15,367 bases of DNA from an uncultured archaeon (GTDB taxonomy: Archaea > Asgardarchaeota > Lokiarchaeia > Sigyniarchaeales > SOKP01): positions 1-15,367 of the forward strand of contig CAZBPC010000081.1 in assembly GCA_964493715.1 (NCBI GenBank), in the 5' to 3' direction. A program made the position numbers and the translations under genes. Positions 8,186-15,367 of the stretch are shown here, one piece after another; position 1 is the stretch's first letter, and each line of letters starts with the position of its first letter. The notes under the pieces were generated by a model that was not told the origin of the DNA, did not search any database, and saw nothing but the letters and a program-made list of their open reading frames with translations.

Positions 8186-8552
8186 AAAAAACAACTAAGT
8201 TGATTTCCATTTAAATTTTATCCAACAAATTCCAACTGCTTAGGATATTTATAATGGGTTATATTCTCTTTATTCCACGCAATTAAACTTTCTGTTGTAA
8301 CAAAATATTGGATATAAAAACAACATTAAAAATTATTCAAGAAGGAGGTGAAACTGAGATATTTAAAAAATTAGGTAAGAAATACAATTTTATGAAACCA
8401 GAATAAGTTAGAAGCGTTTAAATTTCAGCATAATTATTAATGAAGTTAGAAAATAAATGATTTTTGCGATGAAAAAGTGAAAATTTTGTATAGAGTTATT
8501 CTAGAAGTATACGATTTCATCCAGTATTTTTAATTTTTAACTATAAAAAAAA

Positions 8553-9383
8553 TCAAATGATTTGACTACAATAATTTCCACCAAATGGTCGCTTGGAAAT
8601 GGGTTTGATCGTCTGGAATTGCTTTTTCCAGATGATATCACTCGGAATGCCAAAAATCTTGCAAAATTCGTCAATGAATGGGGAGATTTCTGCGATCTCT
8701 TCCTCCGTAATATCAAATACCTTAGCACCAATTCCTAATTTGTCTTCGAGAGATACGTCCGTTCGAAGAAATATTTTTCCCCCATGAATACCCGCGCCCA
8801 ATTCATTTCCACATATTGGTTGGTCGCTTTCCTGGAAGTTTCCGTTTTCAAACTTTAATCCGAGAACGATGATAAGTCCTCCTGCCATATACTCCCCTAA
8901 AAAATCATTGATTGTTCCCCCAATAATTAGCAAGGGAAACTTATCCTCATATTCTTTCATATGAATACCAACTCTATAACCAACATCACCTTTGATAAAG
9001 ATTTTTCCCCCTCTTGAAGATAATCCTATTACATCTCCACCATCACCATTAATAATTATTGTTCCATGATTCATCGTGTTTCCAGATTGATCCTCGCAAT
9101 TTCCATTAACTATGATTTTCGGACCATCCATAAAAATTCCTAAATCATTTCCGGGAATACCATTAATTGTGATTTCTATGTCACCTTTTAGAGCAGCACC
9201 TATAAATCTTTGACCACAAACATTATTCAATATAATAGATTTATAATTATTGTTTACTGCTTCATGTATCATGGCATTTAGTTCTCTAGAATCAATTGGA
9301 TTCCCATTGGGAGCAGCATTTATCTCTATTATCTCCTCCAATCCAATCTCAAAAATTTTTTCCTTAATTTCATTTACAATCAT
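8553..9383 (-). CDS. gltB3: Glutamate synthase large subunit domain 3 (GXGXG beta-helix), stand-alone
   Basis: GQRFIG, GIPGNDLGIFMDG, GDVGYRVGIHMK and DFLGEYMAGG glycine repeats. ATG 9383 is preferred because AGGTGA lies 7 nt upstream; the ORF track start is 9401. Confidence 0.9.
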   Translation of the reverse strand: MIVNEIKEKIFEIGLEEIIEINAAPNGNPIDSRELNAMIHEAVNNNYKSIILNNVCGQRFIGAALKGDIEITINGIPGNDLGIFMDGPKIIVNGNCEDQSGNTMNHGTIIINGDGGDVIGLSSRGGKIFIKGDVGYRVGIHMKEYEDKFPLLIIGGTINDFLGEYMAGGLIIVLGLKFENGNFQESDQPICGNELGAGIHGGKIFLRTDVSLEDKLGIGAKVFDITEEEIAEISPFIDEFCKIFGIPSDIIWKKQFQTIKPISKRPFGGNYCSQII

Positions 9384-9387
9384 TCTT

Positions 9388-10908
9388 TTATTCACCTGCA
9401 TGTTTTACTTCTAGAATTTCCGCTATTCGTGGATTTGGACCAATGTATCTTAAGCGGTCTCTATTTGATCGGAGAGATTCAACAGAATCAATTCCCATCG
9501 CTCCTAAAACATCTTTTAATTCTTCATTCCATGAATGAAATAAATTTATTATTCTATTTTTTGCAATAGTAATATCTAATCTTTTTACTAGAAATTCATC
9601 TTGAGTAGCTATTCCCCATGGACAAAGCCCTCTAAAACATTGCTGACAAACTCTACATCCCATTGCAATTAATACAGGCATACAGCACATCGCAACATCG
9701 GCGCCTAATGCAATAACTTTTATTAAATCTGCAGAATATCGAATTGATCCACCAGCAATTAAAGTTATTTGTTCTCTTAGATTTTCTTCTCTAAGACTTT
9801 TATCCACAGCTGCAATAGCTAGCTCAATAGGAATACCAGCATGATCTCTTATAATTCTTGGGGCAGCACCAGTTCCACCTCTGAATCCATCGAGAGTTAG
9901 GAAATCTGCTCCACTTCTCACTATACCTACTGCAATTGGAGCTGAGTTATGAACTGCTGCAATTTTTACGCCAACAGGTATTTTATATCTTGTAGCCTCT
10001 TTTAATGCTGCGATTAATTGAGCCAGATCTTCAATTGAATAGATATCGTGATGCGGATAAGGAGATAATGCATCACTTCCTTCAGGAATCATTCTTGTTT
10101 GGGAGATCAAACTGCTAACCTTTTCTCCTGGTAAATGCCCTCCATGCCCGGGTTTTGCTCCTTGTCCAATTTTTATCTCTATAGCTACTGCATTGTTTAA
10201 ATAATTAAGATCAACCCCAAATCGTCCTGAAGCAACTTCAGTAATGATGTTTGGTGCATATTCATAGAAATCAGGATGTAATCCACCTTCTCCCGAACCT
10301 GCTACAATGTTTAATTCTTTTGCAGCTTGATAGATTGCTTGACATGCATTATAACTAATCGAACCTAAACTCATATGCCCAATCATAATTGGCATCTCTA
10401 TTTCAAAATTGACTGAATTGTTTGTTTTTAATGATACTTCATTCACGTCATTGGATGCTGTAGTAAAATCAAGTTTCTTTGGTTTTCGTCCAAAAAATAT
10501 CTTAGTTTCAATAATTTCACGGATCGGATCAATACTGGGATTAGTTACTTGACAAGAGTCAAGGAGCAAGTCATCAAATATCGATCTAATTGGTCTATCA
10601 TTTCCAGTTGCGGAAATTAAAACTCCCCCAGTACCAGACTGGGCCCAAATGATATTACGGATTTTTTCCGTATAATTACCATGGGGAGGTAAACATGATT
10701 CACTCTGAGAAATATGGATTGCCTTCCCAGGGCACATTACAACACACCTCTGACAAGCTACACATTTGTAATGTTCAGCAACAATTTGTTTTCCGTTAAA
10801 GGAAAAAACACCAAAAGAACAATTGTTAATACACCTTTTACATTTCTTACAGTCCTCTCGATTAACATTAACTTTAAAATGTGAAATAATTTCATGTGTT
10901 AGCGCCAC
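9388..10908 (-). CDS. gltB2: Glutamate synthase FMN-binding subunit (archaeal type) with N-terminal 2[4Fe-4S] ferredoxin domain
   Basis: CKKCKRCINNC and CVACQRCVVMCP; MSLGSIS, SGEGG, VASGRFGV, IEIKIGQGAKPGHGGHLPGEKV, SPYPHHDIYSIEDLAQLI, DGFRGGTGAAP; C-terminal CRVCQQCFRGLCPWGIATQD. Confidence 0.95.
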   Translation of the reverse strand: MALTHEIISHFKVNVNREDCKKCKRCINNCSFGVFSFNGKQIVAEHYKCVACQRCVVMCPGKAIHISQSESCLPPHGNYTEKIRNIIWAQSGTGGVLISATGNDRPIRSIFDDLLLDSCQVTNPSIDPIREIIETKIFFGRKPKKLDFTTASNDVNEVSLKTNNSVNFEIEMPIMIGHMSLGSISYNACQAIYQAAKELNIVAGSGEGGLHPDFYEYAPNIITEVASGRFGVDLNYLNNAVAIEIKIGQGAKPGHGGHLPGEKVSSLISQTRMIPEGSDALSPYPHHDIYSIEDLAQLIAALKEATRYKIPVGVKIAAVHNSAPIAVGIVRSGADFLTLDGFRGGTGAAPRIIRDHAGIPIELAIAAVDKSLREENLREQITLIAGGSIRYSADLIKVIALGADVAMCCMPVLIAMGCRVCQQCFRGLCPWGIATQDEFLVKRLDITIAKNRIINLFHSWNEELKDVLGAMGIDSVESLRSNRDRLRYIGPNPRIAEILEVKHAGE

Positions 10909-10909
10909 T

Positions 10910-12103
10910 TTAACAAGCCTCTTCTTGTATTAAATTATTCTTTTTTACTGTTGTCTCAAGTCCATTTTTTATTAATCCATTCCCAAGTTCTGCGATAACA
11001 GCATTACCACTTCTCGGATGCCAAATATCTTTTAAATTGAAATCACGGTCGTTAATCATCAATCTTCTAAAAGATGCTTCTTCACTACTCATATAAATAG
11101 TGTTCTCATCCTCAGAAATTCCTACCACTAATGGACGCAATTTTTTTCTATCAGATAATCCAATCATTGTTGGAACTGGGTTTGAATACCCAACTACAAT
11201 AGAAAATGGGCCATTTAACATTGCACTCCTATAAGTCGCTCTTATACTTTTGAATAATATTTGAGATTTTTTATCTAATTTTTCAATATCTTCAAATAAT
11301 GGTGGTGCTAAAGCAATGGTAGCGATAGACATTGGAATATTATGTTTACGGCATAATAGATCAATTAAGTATGCGATGACTTCTGTATCAGTAGATAATG
11401 TGCATTTATATCCAAAAGATTCTAAATACCTTCTATTAGTTCCATAAGAAGTTATTTCTCCATTATGAACTACTGAACAATTTAGTAAATTAAAAGGGTG
11501 AGCACCAGCCCACCAACCAGGTGTGTTTGTTGGAAACCTCGAGTGTGCTAACCACATATAAGCTTTATACTCTGAAATTTTATAAAAATCTGCAATTTCG
11601 TTTGACCATCCATTCCCTTTAAATACACCCATATCCTTTCCCGATGACATAACAAACGCATTTTTAATGTTCGTATTAATATCCATTACAATTTTTACTA
11701 TTTTTTCATCATTATTTGGATTATTAATGCTTCCAAGTTCGAAAAATACTCTCCAAATTATTGGGAGATTGTCAATATTGACGGGTTTTTTTGTCGGAAT
11801 CGGTTCAGATTGAATAATATTACCTTTTTTTTCAAGATATTCTAAAACTTGTGTTTTTGCAATCTCATCATCAAGAAGAAAATGAAAAGCATAATAATCT
11901 TTATATTTAGAATAGATACCATAGGCAGCATACCCTGCACCAAGTCCATTTTCCCTTTCTTTTAAAATACATAACATCTCAATTACTTTTTTGCCCGAGA
12001 CTCTGTTTCCATCAATATTTATGAAACCCGATATTCCACATCCGTCAAACACTCTCTGATTCCTAAATTTTTCAGGTAAAGAAGTATAATTTTCCCATCT
12101 CAT
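10910..12103 (-). CDS. gltB1: Class II (Ntn) glutamine amidotransferase, glutamate synthase domain 1, stand-alone
   Basis: DGCGISG (Cys22), ERENGLGAGYA, LAHSRFPTNT...AHPF, VVHNGEI, TDTEV, NGPFS and DRKKLRP. Confidence 0.92.
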   Translation of the reverse strand: MRWENYTSLPEKFRNQRVFDGCGISGFINIDGNRVSGKKVIEMLCILKERENGLGAGYAAYGIYSKYKDYYAFHFLLDDEIAKTQVLEYLEKKGNIIQSEPIPTKKPVNIDNLPIIWRVFFELGSINNPNNDEKIVKIVMDINTNIKNAFVMSSGKDMGVFKGNGWSNEIADFYKISEYKAYMWLAHSRFPTNTPGWWAGAHPFNLLNCSVVHNGEITSYGTNRRYLESFGYKCTLSTDTEVIAYLIDLLCRKHNIPMSIATIALAPPLFEDIEKLDKKSQILFKSIRATYRSAMLNGPFSIVVGYSNPVPTMIGLSDRKKLRPLVVGISEDENTIYMSSEEASFRRLMINDRDFNLKDIWHPRSGNAVIAELGNGLIKNGLETTVKKNNLIQEEAC

Positions 12104-12523
12104 AACATGTTCACTTCATTAAATTTTAAGAATCCTGTTTGATATGTTCTTTTCCTATTAAATTAAATAATTATTTCAAATCTCCTACTTCTGTTTTAGT
12201 AAACTTTAAACCAACATTTTTTCGGGCTGTTCTTGATAATATCCCTATAGTCCCTGTTTGATAAAAAGAATTAAATTCTGATTCATAACCTTTTGTTATA
12301 AAATCTTTTTCTGCTGCTAAATTTCGTAAGATCGTAAAAATTTAAACAACCTCTTGCTTAATTTTTTTACCACTTTTTTACTTTACATAGAGATATTAAT
12401 TAAATACAAAGTATCTTCATCACACTTCTGACTTTTTTAGATGATCAGTATTTTTTCCATTTTAAAATTTGTAGCGGGAATAGTTTCCCATCTGAACATT
12501 ATCTTAATTATTGTACAAAAAGC

Positions 12524-12531
12524 TATTTAAA
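12524..12531 (-). promoter_or_regulatory. Candidate TATA box upstream of the glt operon leader
   Basis: Minus strand reads AATAAAC-TTTAAATA, then 24 nt, then ATG 12499. This is the usual spacing for a leaderless archaeal transcript. The AT-rich background lowers confidence. Confidence 0.35.
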
Positions 12532-12787
12532 GTTTATTACGATAAAAATGTATTGATGGTTTGTTTAGAATAAATGATTTTTCTTTGAACGATTCGATAA
12601 AATAGTATCAAATTTCACCACAATAATATGAAGATTTTCAGTTAATTCGATGATTTTTGTCGATTTGGAGCTATTTTAAAAAGAATAAGTGAAAATTTAA
12701 TATAGTGTTAATAAAAAAATAATATAAAGAATGGATATGGCATTCAGTCTAAAATAAATTTAGGTTCGGTATCTTAGATACTTTATT

Positions 12788-13231
12788 GGGTAATCCGATT
12801 TTATCAAGCTCAACTTTTCCATTAAAAGATCCTGCACTGCCTGTTGTTTTGCATTCAATTAAACCGTAGACTTCAACAAGCTTACCCCATCCTACTGCTT
12901 CGCATTCATTTTTTACTGGTTTATGAAGATCTCCTGCTCCACTTACACATAATCGAAACATATTTTTAAGTCTTGGTTCGGGATTGTTTTTTAAATAACG
13001 GGTTAATCCGATGAATAAATTTTCAACTCCGGGTAGAATTACGCCACCTTCCGGACCGACTTCTTAAATTGTATCTACTACTGCTTTCATTGATGAAGAA
13101 GGTTTTAGAAAAAGAATATTATAATCTGTTCCTTCAATAACAACATTTTGAACAATTGTCATGTAAAATGCGTGAAACATTGGTAAAATACCAATAGGTG
13201 CCATTGGATGTTTTGCATCAGGCATCCAACA
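12788..13231 (-). pseudogene. Decayed internal fragment of a long-chain acyl-CoA ligase, paralog of the gene at 14610-15367
   Basis: One frame reads CWMPDAKHPMAPIGILPMFHAFYMT...VVDTI*EVGPEGGVILPG...MFRLCVSGAGDLHKPVK...YGLIEC...IGLP, with an in-frame TAA at 13064-13066. 38/58 aa are identical to the downstream paralog over the shared stretch. The P-loop and C-terminal domain are absent. Confidence 0.88.
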
Positions 13232-13319
13232 GTTTTTATTAATTTGAGAGTTTAGTATCCATATCTATATAAATAAGATTATAATAATTATATCTTAAAT
13301 ATACAAACTAATTGATAAA

Positions 13320-13721
13320 ATGTCAAATAATTTTTCAGGATCGGGATGTTTAATATCAAGCTTATTAATTCTGGTTTACGGATTCTTAATTATCTGTAAG
13401 GTCCCTTTTTCATTAATATGGCTTTTGCCCGTGATATTATGTGTTATTACAACATTTCTCTCTATAGATTATTCTTCAATGGGAGCTGAACATTATAAAC
13501 ACGTAAAAAACAAAAATGATCAAGATCAGCATAAACGACGTCCAATAGTGAACTCTAATATTGCGAGAAACTCGGTTAGAAGCTATGCAAACACTTTATT
13601 GGTAGAAGATATCAAAGGTTTAGAGCCTGTAAAATCGATAGCCCTCTATTGCCAATTTTGCGGAACGCGGAGAGAAAAAAATGCAAAATTTTGCCACCAA
13701 TGTGGATCCAAGTTGGAATAG
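13320..13721 (+). CDS. Small two-TM membrane protein with C-terminal zinc ribbon
   Basis: Two N-terminal hydrophobic segments, a polar linker, and YCQFCG-x8-FCHQCGSKL-type CxxC...CxxC motif at the C-terminus. Confidence 0.82.
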   Translation: MSNNFSGSGCLISSLLILVYGFLIICKVPFSLIWLLPVILCVITTFLSIDYSSMGAEHYKHVKNKNDQDQHKRRPIVNSNIARNSVRSYANTLLVEDIKGLEPVKSIALYCQFCGTRREKNAKFCHQCGSKLE

Positions 13722-13927
13722 TAATAATAATTTTCAACGTTTCACTCTTTCCAGATCGGTTTGTTTGAATTAGTCTTTTTTTTACTTTTCCAATCATTAA
13801 TTTTGGAAAAATTTCTGTAAGAATGAGTGAGAAGAAAGATTTTTAATTAGTTTGGTGAAAAAATAACTATATTAAAGATTAGTATTATAACATATGTACT
13901 TAATTTAACCTTTCAAGGTAGTTTTAA

Positions 13928-14467
13928 ATGAAAGAAGTTATGTACAACTTCAAAGTAATTGTTATAGGTCCTTCTGCAGTCGGCAAAACCAGTATAATTA
14001 ATCGCTTTGTTAATGATACTTTTTCCATGAAGTATCAGTTTACCATGGGAGTAGATTTTCTTGCTAAAACAATAGTATTAGAATCAGGACAAATTGCCAA
14101 ACTCACAATTTGGGATATTGGAGGACAAGAACGATTTGAATTTTTGCAACGCAGTTTCTATGCGGGTGCAAATGGAGCAATATTGGTATTTGATTTATCA
14201 AGAGAACATACTTTTATAGAAATTGATAAATGGCTTAAGGATCTTCGGAAACAAATGGCGGACGATGTTCCGTATATATTACTAGGGAATAAGTCTGATT
14301 TAATTCCTCAAATAGGGGAAATTATAGATAGAAATGAGATTTTTAATTATATAAAAGTTCAAAAAGCAATCTTTCTTGACACCTCTGCCAAAACCGGGGA
14401 AAAAATCGAAACTGCATTTAATCAATTGATTGACCAAATGATAAAAAAAATGAAAAAGAACAAGTAA
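13928..14467 (+). CDS. Ras-superfamily small GTPase, Rab-like (eukaryotic signature protein)
   Basis: G1 GPSAVGKTS, G2 FTMGVDF, G3 WDIGGQERF, G4 GNKSD and G5 TSAKTG. RabF-like motifs are present. No C-terminal cysteine. Confidence 0.95.
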   Translation: MKEVMYNFKVIVIGPSAVGKTSIINRFVNDTFSMKYQFTMGVDFLAKTIVLESGQIAKLTIWDIGGQERFEFLQRSFYAGANGAILVFDLSREHTFIEIDKWLKDLRKQMADDVPYILLGNKSDLIPQIGEIIDRNEIFNYIKVQKAIFLDTSAKTGEKIETAFNQLIDQMIKKMKKNK

Positions 14468-14609
14468 GAAAATAAAATTATAGATCTAATCAATTCTATC
14501 TTTTCAACATTGCAAATTAGATATAATGATCTTTTAAGATGCCTAAGAATAATAAATAGACTTCTCACTCAATTAATCATTTAAAAAGTAAAAAAAAAAT
14601 AACATCTAA

Positions 14610-15367
14610 TTATTGTGAATCTCCATACTTTTCTTTCCAAATTGGATCGTTGATTTGCAACTCTCTTCTTTGCACTTTTCCAACCATCGATTTTGGAATT
14701 TCCTCAACTATCTCCAGATACTTAGGGCATTTATAATGAGTTATGTTTTCTTTACACCAAGCAAGTAAATTATCTGATGTAACGCTTGAATTTTCCTTCA
14801 ATTGTACCCAAGCCTTCACCATTTCTCCAGTTTCTAAGTCTGGGAGACCAGCCACGGCGACTTCCATTACATCAGGGTGAGACCCTAATAATTCTTCTAC
14901 TTCTTTTGGAAAAACGGAATATCCCTTATACTTGATCATTTGTTTCTTTCTATCTCTAATAACCATTTGTCCATGTTCATCCATGTATCCAAGATCTCCC
15001 GTTAAACACCACAATCGCCCTTTCCATTCTCTTAAAGTTTCTGCAGTAGCTTTAGGTCTATTCAAATAACCTTTCATTACTTGTGGACCACACACTGCTA
15101 TTTCTCCAGTAAAATCTATTCCATAACCTTCTAATGGCCCCTTGTTGAAATCTTTTGAATCAAATATTGCCCAATCAACACCAGGAAATGGTAACCCTAT
15201 TGTACCCGGTGTATCTGTCCCATCAAAAGGACCTGCACTAACCGCTGTTGTACATTCAGTTAGACCATAAGCTTCGACTAATTTACCTCCACTTATTGCT
15301 TCAAAAGCATCTTTCACGGGTTTATGTAATGGTCCAGCACCACTTACACATAATCGAAACATATTTT
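14610..15367 (-). CDS. fadD: Long-chain-fatty-acid--CoA ligase, C-terminal part (5' end outside the window)
   Basis: SGAGPL, EAYGLTE, GEIAVCGPQVMKGY, TGDLGYMDEHG, DRKKQMIKYKGYSVFPKEVE and IPKSMVGKVQRREL. The frame is open to the window edge, so the Met at 15362 is internal. Confidence 0.93.
   Translation of the reverse strand, partial: NMFRLCVSGAGPLHKPVKDAFEAISGGKLVEAYGLTECTTAVSAGPFDGTDTPGTIGLPFPGVDWAIFDSKDFNKGPLEGYGIDFTGEIAVCGPQVMKGYLNRPKATAETLREWKGRLWCLTGDLGYMDEHGQMVIRDRKKQMIKYKGYSVFPKEVEELLGSHPDVMEVAVAGLPDLETGEMVKAWVQLKENSSVTSDNLLAWCKENITHYKCPKYLEIVEEIPKSMVGKVQRRELQINDPIWKEKYGDSQ

Noticed and set aside
8342-8351. Perfect Shine-Dalgarno-like AAGGAGGTGA
   Set aside because: No ATG/GTG/TTG-initiated ORF at usable spacing downstream and no rRNA-like flanks. 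It is more simply the Glu-Gly-Gly-Glu codons of the short frame noted in the findings.
901-8787. Short ORFs 901-1134, 2250-2459, 2797-3006, 4430-4693, 5411-5641, 5935-6126, 6965-7243, 8537-8731 and 8593-8787
   Set aside because: All lie antisense or out of frame within motif-supported genes and show no recognisable motifs.
12285-12299. Inverted repeat ATAAC-N5-GTTAT upstream of gltB1
   Set aside because: Only 5-bp AT-rich arms; expected by chance and matching no motif I can support.
12749-12961. 70-aa ORF as an independent small protein
   Set aside because: Its Met is an internal residue of the ligase fold, and homology continues upstream through a premature stop, so it is part of a pseudogene.
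13064-13066. Stop-codon readthrough or recoding in the ligase fragment
   Set aside because: The stop is TAA, which ends most genes here, and the fragment lacks both termini, so readthrough would not restore an enzyme.
13612-13797. 61-aa minus-strand ORF
   Set aside because: Overlaps the zinc-ribbon end of the 13320 gene on the opposite strand; no motif.

Overview
AT-rich window (roughly 30% GC by eye) with archaeal gene content. A Rab-like small GTPase without a prenylation motif, a TrmB-family regulator, a three-piece glutamate synthase, a membrane zinc-ribbon protein and paralogous acyl-CoA ligases suggest an Asgard archaeon (Lokiarchaeia-like; inference, no database search). In order: N-terminus of a URO-D/MtaA-family gene (-); an NfeD/YqiJ-like membrane protein with a regular (Asp-His-X)20 array followed by an SPFH/flotillin-like gene (+); a TrmB-family regulator (-) divergent from a three-gene ABC-2 exporter (+), with a perfect 16-bp palindrome between them; a PNPOx-like protein and a SAM methyltransferase (-); a split gltB1-gltB2-gltB3 operon without gltD (-), whose upstream region holds a candidate promoter, hairpin and uORF; a decayed acyl-CoA ligase fragment; a zinc-ribbon membrane protein; the Rab-like GTPase; and the 3' part of an acyl-CoA ligase. 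The best candidate for an undescribed system is the DHx-array NfeD plus flotillin pair, possibly a metal- or pH-responsive membrane microdomain module. No rRNA, tRNA, CRISPR array or transposase was recognised.
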